59,095 nt of DNA from a virus (Duplodnaviria; Caudoviricetes), in IMG/VR virus record IMGVR_UViG_3300046169_000006, positions 1 to 59,095 of that record; one strand, written 5' to 3'. Shown piece by piece: positions 18,393-27,623 of this stretch (position 1 is the stretch's first letter; each line of letters begins with the position of its first letter). The translations under genes and the position numbers were made by a program. Under the pieces are notes generated by a model. The model had not been told where the DNA came from and did no database searches. It saw only the letters and a program-made list of their open reading frames with translations.

Positions 18393-19394
18393 TTACGCTC
18401 GTACACGGCCTTCAAGGTAGGCAGTTGTTATATCAGCTTCAAGTTTGTTTGCCTCTTCGTACTTTCCACGCGTATTATAGTTGCGGATACGGTTCCAAGC
18501 TGCTTCGACTTGTTTCTCAGTGAAAATCTTAGCATCCTTACCCCCGCTTTTAGTACTCGCGGAACTACCTGAACGATTTGGCGTAACCTGTTTCTCGAGT
18601 TCGCTTTGGCGAGTTTGCCTCTCTTGAGGCGCCTCTGCGTTTAAGGTTTGCTTATACAGGTCAATATAATGTTTCACTGCTTCGGCATCCCCTTCACTAA
18701 ACGCTTTCGCTGCTTGCTCTCGGCGAGGACCACGAAGTATGGGATCATACTCGTTTAGCCACCCGACCCATCGTTCATCATTGTCGATTGTAGCAAAGTC
18801 AGGCACTAACTGTGTTAGTCTCTGAGCAAAGCTCATCTCTCCAACTTGATTACCAGTATCATTTAACTTCTTCTGAAGTGTATTGATAATCTCGTTTTGC
18901 TGCTCAAAGCGCTCTTCGTAATCCTGAGCTACCTCTTTAGCAACGCGACGTTGAACGTCAATCAGCTCTTCACCAAATTCGGCTCGATCTGCATCAGTTA
19001 CGTAACTGACTTTCTCCTTCGGCTTTGTCGGTTCTTTGGACTTAGCTTCCAGACTCGATGTGAGTGCTTGAAGTTTCGTCGATAAGTCCTTTACTTGGCT
19101 ATGCAAGCGTGGGACCTCAGCGTCGTACTTGCCCCGTAGGGTTTTGTACTTTTGCTCAAATTCATCCGCTACGTCCGTCGGCGACGTGTCAGCTGGCTTT
19201 ACTTCTTCAGGCGTAACTGCTGCTTCCGCTTCAACTGGTACTTCTGCTTCGGTATCCTTGGGGGCTTCCTCTGAAACTTCAGGCTCTTGCTTCTTTGCCT
19301 TCTTTTTCTTCGGCTCTTCCTTTTGGGCTGTTAGCGTTTTCTCTAGTTCTTCCACTTCTGCAAGCTGAGCTTGCACCTGTTTTGGCAATGCCAT
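18393..19394 (-). CDS. Capsid scaffolding protein
   Basis: Acidic/coiled-coil, YKTLRGKYDAEVPRL, C-terminal EGRV; between portal and capsid. Confidence 0.8.
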   Translation of the reverse strand: MALPKQVQAQLAEVEELEKTLTAQKEEPKKKKAKKQEPEVSEEAPKDTEAEVPVEAEAAVTPEEVKPADTSPTDVADEFEQKYKTLRGKYDAEVPRLHSQVKDLSTKLQALTSSLEAKSKEPTKPKEKVSYVTDADRAEFGEELIDVQRRVAKEVAQDYEERFEQQNEIINTLQKKLNDTGNQVGEMSFAQRLTQLVPDFATIDNDERWVGWLNEYDPILRGPRREQAAKAFSEGDAEAVKHYIDLYKQTLNAEAPQERQTRQSELEKQVTPNRSGSSASTKSGGKDAKIFTEKQVEAAWNRIRNYNTRGKYEEANKLEADITTAYLEGRVRA

Positions 19395-19452
19395 ATTTTT
19401 CTCCTTAAAGCACCAACTCTGTTCCTAGCGTCCCGAGGGTATGCTGTTCCCG

Positions 19453-19713
19453 TTATGGTGTGCTTCTCGTATTTTGCGCGTATGCGCGTTGTTCTACTTT
19501 CGGCGCATCATTGATCGCTTCCAGTAAATCGGTAAATGCTTCCGCTCTTCCTTGCAGCCGGTGGACAGTAGCCATGTCGGTCGCGTGGATGAGTTTCTGC
19601 TTTGCGGACTCTAGTTCCGCTTCAAACAACCTTAATAATGCCGCATTAGCGGGTTCTCTGGTTCTAACCAGAGCGTTAACCACTTGAATGTCAGTACTAT
19701 TAAGATCAATCAT
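19453..19713 (-). CDS. Small helical head-module protein, probably leaderless
   Basis: VHRLQGRA motif; ATG begins after a 6-nt gap from a predicted -10. Confidence 0.7.
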   Translation of the reverse strand: MIDLNSTDIQVVNALVRTREPANAALLRLFEAELESAKQKLIHATDMATVHRLQGRAEAFTDLLEAINDAPKVEQRAYAQNTRSTP

Positions 19714-19719
19714 AATTCA

Positions 19720-19750
19720 AAAGTATCGTATATGTGTTAACGTGTCAACA
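19720..19750 (-). promoter_or_regulatory. Sigma70-type promoter overlapped by a palindromic operator
   Basis: TTGACA-N17-TACTTT; TGTTAAC-GT-GTCAACA at 19735-19750. Confidence 0.8.
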
Positions 19751-19760
19751 GATATACTCT

Positions 19761-21800
19761 TTACTGTCCGTTCGGGCGCGGGCTCATAGTATTAGATTGT
19801 CTTCCGCCCATCTGAGAACCGTCTTCTTGCATATTAGCAGCTTGTTCAGCTTGCATCTGTTGCTGCATCATCATTTGCTGTTGGGCTGCTTGCTGCGCTT
19901 GTTTTTTCTCAAGCTCTTCTCGAGACGGTACAAGGCGATCAACATTAGTGTTGAGATTGGACGCCAGATCCCGCATGAGTTCAGCCGTGCCCTCAGGTCC
20001 GACAATTTGTTGAGCAACTGGGCTCTCAAGGATAAGACGTAAGAAGTCGTTCTTTCTAACAGCTTCCGCTTCTTTAACAACAAGCGACATCGCGCCTCGT
20101 GCAATAATTTGTACATCACCAATTAAGTCCGGATCATCCGAGTACCGTAGGTTACGTTGGTACTGGCGCTCGAGCATTGGGGTTAGTACATCATGGTCAA
20201 CGTTACCGATAACCTGTTTAATGCTCTTGCCTGCGTTTGAAATAAGCATGGATAGGCCGGAAGACGTACGTCCTGCGCCCGGAACATGCTGCCCTGTCAT
20301 ATAACGTGGTATACCTGACACTTCGTCTGCTAATTCCATAAACTTCTCAAACACGGCCATAAGCTCACCGGCGTTAGAGTTAGGTTGGAAAAACTGCATA
20401 GGAGCTGAAGCATCACCGTATTCTGATGATTTGAACTGCCATATCTTCCAAGGGTGCATCTGCGTTATGTCTTCGCCTGCCGGTAAACGGCTTATATTCA
20501 CGCCTACCTGCGGTCCAGAAGAAATACCCATGTTATTAGCCAGTGCACGAGCAGCGGCGTTACACATGTTCTGTGCATCCATACAAAGATCGGCTACCCC
20601 ATTTCCGTCGATACGTCCGGGGACTTTCTCGAAAGAAGTGAGGTAGTAAGGTTTACGCCCAATCGGGTCGTAATTAAGAACAGCTTTAATAACTGTGTTG
20701 TTAACCATCCACACTTCACAAGGGTATGATTTATGCGGATCATCTACTTCAGACTCATCCATACCCCATTCCATGAGGATTTTTCCAGGGATTGAGTCCC
20801 AAAGCTGCAACGCTGCGATAACATCGCCGTCTGCATCATCGAAATCTTTATCAGTAACATCTTCCATGTCACTACCGTCTTGCTCTACCCAGTCCATGCC
20901 TACAGCACCGAAGTCAGCAAGGAGCGATCTAACGGCGTCCTCGTCGTAACCTTCTACGCCTAGCATAGCTTCAACGTCATCACGGGTTAGGTGGTGTAGC
21001 TCCATGACGGGCATATTCTGTATATCATCGCCCCAAGGTGCATAATAGAACTTATAAGGGTCTACTCTCTCCCACTCGTCACGTAGTACGTCTACAGCGG
21101 CGAGACCGCCCTGCACATACTTCATGGCCTTACGTTTGCGGGGGATAGGACCTTTCAAGACAGCGAACGGGAATGTCGCTAGATCGTTCGTAAATTCGTA
21201 GAGGGCTTTTACCCAGCCGCCCTCTGCAAGCTGGTCTTCCATCTTCAGTTCCATACGCTCAACACGTTTCTCCGCTTCGAACTTCATAGCTCGTGTAGCG
21301 GTATCTTTCATGCCTGAGGCAAGGTTCTTTAGTTCAGACTGGTCGAGAGGTGCACCGCCCGAAGAGTAATACTGCTGTAGGTTCACCTGCATTATTCTCT
21401 GCAAGTTACTAGCAACTTCCGGTGGGACTTCAGGGATGGGTGTAGCACTAATGCCCCAAGGCTTGTCAGCCCCAGTGCCTAGAAGTGTATCGCGCAACCA
21501 TGCAGTAGCAGTCCTGCACTTAGTACTGACAATACCCATAAAGATTTCAGAGCCGCCTTGTTCACGTATCTCTGCCATCTTCGCTGGGTCATATTCCATG
21601 TTCCTTGCACGTACGCACGCAGACAACCGATCTTCGATCGTATTGCGCTTATGGTCTCGCATAACTTCCCAGCGCTTTCGTACATGCGCTGCTAGACCTT
21701 GTACCATTGGTGTCATCTGCTTTTCAGCAGAGTCGCGAAGCGCCGCAGCCTCTAAATCAGAGGCACGGGCAACAGGAATAAGTTGCGGACCTAGTGCCAT
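19761..21800 (-). CDS. Portal protein
   Basis: 679 aa after TerL; ADEVSGIP..MTG..GAGRTSSGLSML; Q-rich C-terminus. Confidence 0.9.
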   Translation of the reverse strand: MALGPQLIPVARASDLEAAALRDSAEKQMTPMVQGLAAHVRKRWEVMRDHKRNTIEDRLSACVRARNMEYDPAKMAEIREQGGSEIFMGIVSTKCRTATAWLRDTLLGTGADKPWGISATPIPEVPPEVASNLQRIMQVNLQQYYSSGGAPLDQSELKNLASGMKDTATRAMKFEAEKRVERMELKMEDQLAEGGWVKALYEFTNDLATFPFAVLKGPIPRKRKAMKYVQGGLAAVDVLRDEWERVDPYKFYYAPWGDDIQNMPVMELHHLTRDDVEAMLGVEGYDEDAVRSLLADFGAVGMDWVEQDGSDMEDVTDKDFDDADGDVIAALQLWDSIPGKILMEWGMDESEVDDPHKSYPCEVWMVNNTVIKAVLNYDPIGRKPYYLTSFEKVPGRIDGNGVADLCMDAQNMCNAAARALANNMGISSGPQVGVNISRLPAGEDITQMHPWKIWQFKSSEYGDASAPMQFFQPNSNAGELMAVFEKFMELADEVSGIPRYMTGQHVPGAGRTSSGLSMLISNAGKSIKQVIGNVDHDVLTPMLERQYQRNLRYSDDPDLIGDVQIIARGAMSLVVKEAEAVRKNDFLRLILESPVAQQIVGPEGTAELMRDLASNLNTNVDRLVPSREELEKKQAQQAAQQQMMMQQQMQAEQAANMQEDGSQMGGRQSNTMSPRPNGQ

Positions 21801-21831
21801 TTTTTTGATCTCATATATGTGATACTACCCT

Positions 21832-21862
21832 ACAATAGCGTTAATCTGCTAACAGGTCAACA
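21832..21862 (-). promoter_or_regulatory. Portal promoter with operator
   Basis: TTGACC-N17-TATTGT; TGCTAAC-AG-GTCAACA at 21847-21862. Confidence 0.75.
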
Positions 21863-21864
21863 CA

Positions 21865-23280
21865 TTAAGTCCATCCTCTTGATGAGATTTTCACAACTTC
21901 CCTGCGCTCATCCCCCGATGTCATGCTACCAAACACTTCACCGCCATCTGCATGGAGGCACATGTACTGGAACGCATCCGCGACATCGGACCACGGATGA
22001 GACTTTTCTGGACTCTCGTCCCTTACACCCTTTGTATTTATTTTGTATCGGTACTTACCCGCTAGGGCCTGTACTAACGGCAGTGCGTCTTCAGGGTCTA
22101 TAACTACTCCGTGCTTCCCATCGACGATACGCGTCATAAATTTGTCTACTGCGGCTATACGAGCAGCAACGGAGTTCGTACGTGCGCTCTTAACCATGAA
22201 CCCTTCGTTACGCCAGATGTCAGCCACCGTACGCTCGTCCGTCTGGACACGCTGAAATGCTGCCGGATCTATTATGATTATCGAACGACGGCCCGGAAAC
22301 TTGTTAACGAGTAGAGGTTTTATCACCTCACGCACGAAGCGTAACGCTCCCATACCATCTGATATCTTCGCATCGTACACGACTAGTCGCCCGTCGTACG
22401 CTACTTGTCCTATCACAGCCGCCGGTGTCAGGCCCGCATCAACGCCGATAATTAACGGATCATCCGAAAACATTGGCTTCATAGGCGCGTCGGCAACGTG
22501 AACTGACCGGTCAAATGAACGAAAGACCGGTAAGCCTGAGAGGGATTTGCCGAACTGCGCGTTGATATAGACGTCGATCCAGTCTTCTGTCTTACCCTGA
22601 GCTAGGTTGTCATAGTAATCATCAGGTAGAAACTGCGTCCAATCGGCTTCAGGACTTAGTCCCGACGGCTGGATAGTAACATGGACGTTCTCTGGGGGTT
22701 CGGTGAGGAGAGTTTCCCAGAACGTGTCCATATCTGGTGGGTTTGTCATGCCCCAAATGTGCATGTTTGCATCCCCGTCGTCATTAACGCACCCGACCCC
22801 GTTCATCATTTTATCGGGGTACCGGCCTACACGACCTTGCGCGGCGTTATAGATATCGGGGTGAATTTCTCTAAATTCGTCAAATATGATGAAACTAGCC
22901 TGTAAAGACAGCAGTCTACGCACGTCGTTAGCATCATCTAGGCCCCTAAACAGCACTTCGCACTCAATATCGCCTATTTTTATGACGAATTTGTACTCAG
23001 TTTTGAGGAATGAGCCCATAATACCGTCAGGTATCCACTTTAAGAAGTCTGGAATAGACGTATCTCGCAGCTGCTCTCGCGTATTACGTACCCAAATGCA
23101 CCTAGAACGTCGAATACCGTCCGTACACGGGGCCATTTGCGCCGCATGGTGCACGATTTTCATAATACCGGCGGTAGTTTTGGTGGAACCTACGGGTCCT
23201 ACGGCCAAAGAAATGAACTTTTCCGAGTAGAAAAAGTTGTCTAGGCTGCGAATAACCTCAAAATTAACTTCATGTTGCAT
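21865..23280 (-). CDS. terL: Terminase large subunit
   Basis: Walker A-like GPVGSTKT, Walker B IIFDE, TNPP, nuclease GVDAG and SDVADAFQY. Confidence 0.92.
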   Translation of the reverse strand: MQHEVNFEVIRSLDNFFYSEKFISLAVGPVGSTKTTAGIMKIVHHAAQMAPCTDGIRRSRCIWVRNTREQLRDTSIPDFLKWIPDGIMGSFLKTEYKFVIKIGDIECEVLFRGLDDANDVRRLLSLQASFIIFDEFREIHPDIYNAAQGRVGRYPDKMMNGVGCVNDDGDANMHIWGMTNPPDMDTFWETLLTEPPENVHVTIQPSGLSPEADWTQFLPDDYYDNLAQGKTEDWIDVYINAQFGKSLSGLPVFRSFDRSVHVADAPMKPMFSDDPLIIGVDAGLTPAAVIGQVAYDGRLVVYDAKISDGMGALRFVREVIKPLLVNKFPGRRSIIIIDPAAFQRVQTDERTVADIWRNEGFMVKSARTNSVAARIAAVDKFMTRIVDGKHGVVIDPEDALPLVQALAGKYRYKINTKGVRDESPEKSHPWSDVADAFQYMCLHADGGEVFGSMTSGDERREVVKISSRGWT

Positions 23281-23620
23281 CGTCGAGCGCCTGACCTTCA
23301 ATAGTTATGGCGTCGTCTCGGTCCTTAGCGCGTGTGATGTTGATGACCACTTGTGGTCCACCACCTGTGTTGTCCGCTTTGGTATCCGGTTCCAGTTTGC
23401 CGAGCTTATTCAGCATTTTTTGGAACTCTATCCGGGCCATTGGGTTAATTTGTGGGTTCTGCATGTGGCGAAACAAGTTGTCTAGGTTAACAGCGCCGAG
23501 CATTCGGGCTACTGTTTCCATTTTCGTGGGATCTTCCTCAATCGCTATCATATCTGCGGGCGATAGAATGGGTTTATCTATCAGTTTGGGGTCGATTGCT
23601 TTGTACAGTTGTTTGCTCAT
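23270..23620 (-). CDS. terS: Terminase small subunit (putative)
   Basis: Small gene overlapping the TerL start; C-terminal VVINI strand. Confidence 0.7.
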   Translation of the reverse strand: MSKQLYKAIDPKLIDKPILSPADMIAIEEDPTKMETVARMLGAVNLDNLFRHMQNPQINPMARIEFQKMLNKLGKLEPDTKADNTGGGPQVVINITRAKDRDDAITIEGQALDDAT

Positions 23621-23628
23621 AGTGCTAG

Positions 23629-23657
23629 ATGCTAACTCGTGAACACATTTAAGTCAA
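23629..23657 (-). promoter_or_regulatory. terS promoter with operator
   Basis: TTGACT-N17-TAGCAT; TGCTAAC-TC-GTGAACA at 23630-23645; ATG follows after an 8-nt gap. Confidence 0.75.
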
Positions 23658-23789
23658 TATATACGGAAACCGTCGCCGTCGGTATTAACCCGGGTAGCCC
23701 CTGCCGACGAAAATAACTGAAAAACATGTTATCAACTTAAAAGGGTCAATTTTTGGGTTGCGGTATACGTGATACCTAAGGGCTGGGTG

Positions 23790-23820
23790 CCCCCCGTGCC
23801 CCCGTCGGTCCCTCCCCCCC
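23790..23820. other. C-rich tract; candidate packaging site / genome end
   Basis: CCCCCCGTGCCCCCGTCGGTCCCTCCCCCCC in the gap between the divergent late and early arms, just upstream of terS. Confidence 0.4.
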
Positions 23821-24279
23821 TCAATGTCTGCGCCGCGCCTATAGTGTAAGGTCGAATCGCTGAATCATTTAATCGATTGTCATGCTTTAGAACCTTGCCG
23901 CCACGCGGTGATAGTGCTCGCCCTTGTGCGCCTTGAGGTTCAATCGCTTTATGCTTTGAATCAATCGGTCACGCTAATAGTTACAGGGAATCACGCTATC
24001 ACGCACCACGCGCAGAAATTCGTGTCGGTGTGTCTATCGAGTAACGTCGGTAAACCTTGTACAGTTAATAACTGTTAATGACTTGTTCCGCTCGGTGTAG
24101 ATCCTATGAGGTCAGTCCCTCTCACAATGTGTGATGATAAAACGCGATTAGCACGCGGTACTGAACAATTATCGGATAAGTTGCTAAGGGTTAAACCCTT
24201 TAGGGTTTTTCGCAATGGGTATGCAATCCCGCGTATCTATTGTGTAACACCTTAACCAATCAATTGGAGTAATACTATT

Positions 24280-24777
24280 ATGCGTAAAATTAACGCTATC
24301 AAAAAATCTATCGACACGCTTGCACGTAATACCAAATCATTGCGCGACAAGTACCACGTAATCCTATGCGAAGTTGCAGGTCATGCCTATGAACACGGCG
24401 ACCCGCGTTTATTCGATAATATACTCAATGCCGCCTCAGGTATGGCACGCAAAGAGATGGTTAAATGGATAACCGCCAATGGCTTTGCACGCATCACAAA
24501 AGATGGCGTAGCTGTTAACAAGTCTGCACGTAAAGAAGCTGATTTCGAGAATGGTGACGCGGTCGTGGCGTATCTAATGGACCAACCTAAATGGTACGAG
24601 ACTGAGCAGACTGTCGCTCAAATCGTTAAGGACTTAGACGTTCAACAACTGATCGCAATGGTCCACAAAAAGATGGACGACGCTGAAGAAAAAGGTGCTC
24701 AGGTACTCAACAAGGACCCAGAAGCTACTGCTAAGCTGATCGATCTAATGGCTGAGCGTGCTAAACGTGCGGCATAA
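24280..24777 (+). CDS. First early protein, hypothetical
   Basis: 165-aa ORF with GGAGTAA RBS. Confidence 0.8.
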   Translation: MRKINAIKKSIDTLARNTKSLRDKYHVILCEVAGHAYEHGDPRLFDNILNAASGMARKEMVKWITANGFARITKDGVAVNKSARKEADFENGDAVVAYLMDQPKWYETEQTVAQIVKDLDVQQLIAMVHKKMDDAEEKGAQVLNKDPEATAKLIDLMAERAKRAA

Positions 24778-24788
24778 TCCACTGTATA

Positions 24789-25082
24789 GGGTATTTAGAC
24801 AGGATATGGCTTGTCTAGTCACTTGTCTAAATACCCCAATACGCTAAGTGTATGTTTTTATTATATATATATACTCTATTTAGACAATAAGACAATAAGA
24901 CAAGTATAAATAATAACATCAGGGTTTTATAACTCTGATGTGTTGGCGTGCATTTTGCGCTCTCAATGGCATCACCCCCAACATTACTTAATATCTTTGT
25001 CTTATTGTCTAAATACTGTGTATTCAATGACTTACGTACAAGACACTGTCTAAATACCTTTGTCTATATGTTGCTTTGTCTA
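24789..25082. repeat. Cluster of direct and inverted AGACA/TGTCT repeats; candidate replication origin
   Basis: 13-bp IR 24789-24801/24824-24836; 19-bp IR 24877-24895/24997-25015; tandem AGACAATA; AT-rich tract; IHF-like ATTCAA-TGAC-TTA near 25022. Confidence 0.65.
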
Positions 25083-25089
25083 CTCAACC

Positions 25090-25105
25090 TGTTTACATGT
25101 ATACA
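25090..25105. promoter_or_regulatory. Palindromic operator
   Basis: TGTTTAC-AT-GTATACA just upstream of the RBS of gene 25123. Confidence 0.65.
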
Positions 25106-25122
25106 CTTTATAGGAGTAAAGT

Positions 25123-25386
25123 ATGTCTTATGTATCCAAGCGACAACGTCGTATAAACCAAGAAATCCGCAACAGTATCGTCCGCCGCCTCATTGATGTG
25201 GTAGGTCAGGTCCTCGTTGTTTGTCTAATTGCAGGGTGTATTGCACTCATCTCACTCAACTGGATGCTAGGTTGTGGCGAACGCTTTCCAACCGATAGTA
25301 ACGGCAACTACGTACAGGGTGAGTGTGTAACGCCTGCTGATTTGCTTGATGACTACCGCCAAACCCAGACCACAGGGAGCGACTAA
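25123..25386 (+). CDS. Early single-TM membrane protein
   Basis: Basic N-terminus, hydrophobic helix, AGGAGTAAA RBS. Confidence 0.75.
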   Translation: MSYVSKRQRRINQEIRNSIVRRLIDVVGQVLVVCLIAGCIALISLNWMLGCGERFPTDSNGNYVQGECVTPADLLDDYRQTQTTGSD

Positions 25387-25529
25387 TGTTTGATGCTCTC
25401 TATGAAGTTCGTCCCCGAGGCGACAAGTTTGTGATTGTCCATATCCGCTCAGGTCAGACTGTCGAACGTAACATCAGGTATCGTAGTTACGCTATCGAGT
25501 TATGCCGTCGATACAATGACTGTGTTTAA
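25386..25529 (+). CDS. 47-aa early protein
   Basis: Manual translation MFDALYEVRPRGDKFVIVHIRSGQTVERNIRYRSYAIELCRRYNDCV; TAATG coupling; GGGAG RBS. Confidence 0.6.
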   Translation: MFDALYEVRPRGDKFVIVHIRSGQTVERNIRYRSYAIELCRRYNDCV

Positions 25530-25554
25530 CTGAATAACTTATTAAGGAGTAATC

Positions 25555-25899
25555 ATGCCACGTTTATCTAATAACGAGGTCAGCGACTACGTCAACGACC
25601 GCAAGCTGTTTAAAACCAACGCAGGGACTATATGGTCCGACTATATTGCATCAGATACCGACAAGCGTGCACTGTATGTTGTCTACTCGTATGACATTCA
25701 CTTTCCGATGTATGTGTATGACGCTGAGTCCAGTATGTGGATAGGTAACAGTAGTAGGTACAGTGCGACTACTTCCAAGCACCAGTCATGTGCACGTCCA
25801 GATGGTGAGATAGTATGGCTCGACCACGACGACATGCAACGTCTAGTCACCGAGCGCTCATACACTAACTACGTCGCATGGCGTATGGAGGTAGCATGA
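25555..25899 (+). CDS. Early hypothetical protein
   Basis: YVVYSY...YSATTSKHQ; AAGGAGTAA RBS. Confidence 0.8.
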   Translation: MPRLSNNEVSDYVNDRKLFKTNAGTIWSDYIASDTDKRALYVVYSYDIHFPMYVYDAESSMWIGNSSRYSATTSKHQSCARPDGEIVWLDHDDMQRLVTERSYTNYVAWRMEVA

Positions 25900-26069
25900 A
25901 TATCACAGTTCGTATCGCTAACAACTACGGCAGTCGCGTAGTCTATCCCGTGTGTCAACGTGCTCACGCATTTGCAGATATTGCAGGCACCAAAACTTTA
26001 ACCGACACTGTCCTCGCCACGATACAAACGCTTGGGTTCGGTGTTGTTGTAGAACAGGAGACCCTATGA
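25896..26069 (+). CDS. Small early protein
   Basis: MNITVRIANNYG...YPVC...AGTKTLT; ATGA coupling; GGAGG RBS. Confidence 0.75.
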   Translation: MNITVRIANNYGSRVVYPVCQRAHAFADIAGTKTLTDTVLATIQTLGFGVVVEQETL

Positions 26070-26539
26070 ATATCTTTGTACTCGACACGTGCCCAACTGT
26101 TGCGGCTCAGATGCAGTGTGACAAGCACGTAGTTAAGATGCCATTAGAATGTGCGCAGATGTTGTCGACCGTTCATCGCGCCTACGGTAGCGACGACGTG
26201 GCACTGTATAAAGCCACGCATAAACACCACCCTTGTACGTTATGGGCGGCACAGTCTACTGCCAACTACTATTGGCTATATGACCACTTCAAGGCACTCA
26301 ATGATGAGTACTTCCATAGGTATTACAAGACCCACTTGTCTTGGTCCAAACTTCGTGACGTTGTTGCATATCCACCAGCTCTGATGCGCGACGACGAACC
26401 GACACCTTTCGCTCAGGCTATGCCCGACGAATACAAGCACGACGATGCCGTCACTGCTTACCGCGCCTACTATATAAATGAGAAGGCAAAAATCCTCACG
26501 TACTCGCGACGTGACAAACCATCATGGTTATCTAGTTGA
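26066..26539 (+). CDS. Pyrimidine-dimer DNA glycosylase (DenV/endonuclease V-like) family protein
   Basis: MNIFVLD...CDKHVVKMPLECAQMLS...HPCTLW...QAMPDEYK...AYRAYY family pattern. Confidence 0.7.
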   Translation: MNIFVLDTCPTVAAQMQCDKHVVKMPLECAQMLSTVHRAYGSDDVALYKATHKHHPCTLWAAQSTANYYWLYDHFKALNDEYFHRYYKTHLSWSKLRDVVAYPPALMRDDEPTPFAQAMPDEYKHDDAVTAYRAYYINEKAKILTYSRRDKPSWLSS

Positions 26540-26564
26540 CACGTTATGTGTTTACATGTAATCA
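26536..26564 (+). promoter_or_regulatory. Promoter of the AAA+ operon with degenerate operator
   Basis: TTGACA-N17-TAATCA; TGTTTAC-AT-GTAATCA at 26549-26564. Confidence 0.6.
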
Positions 26565-26609
26565 TGTGTAATCAACTGTGTACGTATACGTGCACTTAGG
26601 AGTAATTCT

Positions 26610-27623
26610 ATGCCAAGTATTAATGAATGTAAGAAAGTAGCTACGCATATCTATCGTAGTTCACCGCGTGCTGTATGTATGTTTCATGGCAAGCCGGGAA
26701 CAGGTAAGAGTGACGCCGCGCTACAAATAGCCGACGACTTAGGTGTACCAGAAGATCGTACCCTTGTTGTCCATATCAATAACCACGATGTTGTCGACTT
26801 CACTGGTGTGCCTAGTGTCACTGACGGCATGACTGTATTCAACCCGACCAAGATGTTCTATGACTATCGAGAGGGTTCAGGTGCAGGTCTTATCGTACTC
26901 GAGGAACTTGCTCAGTCTAGTCAACAGTTACAGACATGGGCGGCAGGTTTTGTACTCGAACGTCAAACCCCTATGTTCAAGCTAGACCCCGAGGTCCGCA
27001 TCATTGCGACAGGCAACCGCGCAGAAGATCGTGCAGGTGCTAAGCCGCTACTAGGTCATCTTAACGATCGTATGTATCACTTCGATGTAGAGACATCACT
27101 CGACGACTGGTGTGAGTGGGCTATGGAGAATGGTGTTGATGCAATGGGTATTGCGTTCTTACGCTTACGTCCCAACCTGCTCAACGACTACGACCCCAAC
27201 CGACGTAGCAATCCAACGCAACGCTCATGGACCAAGCTGTTCACAGAAGTGCCTAACGACTTACCCACTAACCTGTATATGACAGCGGCTGAGGGTAAAG
27301 TTGGTGAGGGTGCCGCCGCCGAATGGGTAGCCGCACGTGACATGATGCACAAAATGCCCAGTATAGATGCCATACGTCTACACCCTGCTGATGCTGAGGT
27401 CCCGACTGAGCCTGCTGTTAAGTATGCAGTAGCCACGTCACTATCTATGTCCGCCACACCTGAGAGTTTCACACGTGACATGACCTATGTGTCTCGTCTG
27501 CCTAAGGACTTTCAGATGGTGTACGTCACTGACGCCCTTCGCTTAAAGCCTGAGTTGCAACAGACACAGGACTTTATCCAGTGGGCTATCGCTAACAAAG
27601 ACATATTCATGGGAGGTGAATAA
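26610..27623 (+). CDS. MoxR-like AAA+ ATPase
   Basis: Walker A GKPGTGKS, Walker B IVLEE, IIATGNR, LNDR, PTQRSW. Confidence 0.85.
   Translation: MPSINECKKVATHIYRSSPRAVCMFHGKPGTGKSDAALQIADDLGVPEDRTLVVHINNHDVVDFTGVPSVTDGMTVFNPTKMFYDYREGSGAGLIVLEELAQSSQQLQTWAAGFVLERQTPMFKLDPEVRIIATGNRAEDRAGAKPLLGHLNDRMYHFDVETSLDDWCEWAMENGVDAMGIAFLRLRPNLLNDYDPNRRSNPTQRSWTKLFTEVPNDLPTNLYMTAAEGKVGEGAAAEWVAARDMMHKMPSIDAIRLHPADAEVPTEPAVKYAVATSLSMSATPESFTRDMTYVSRLPKDFQMVYVTDALRLKPELQQTQDFIQWAIANKDIFMGGE

Noticed and set aside
19735-19750. Operator as a LexA or CtrA box
   Set aside because: Spacing does not fit CTGT-N8-ACAG, GTTC-N7-GTTC or TTAA-N7-TTAA.
24080-24180. Hammerhead ribozyme near TGATGA
   Set aside because: No CUGAUGA/GAAA core with three closing stems could be built.
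24827-25196. ORFs 24827-25027 (-) and 24948-25196 (+)
   Set aside because: They run through the repeat array, lack an RBS and have atypical composition.
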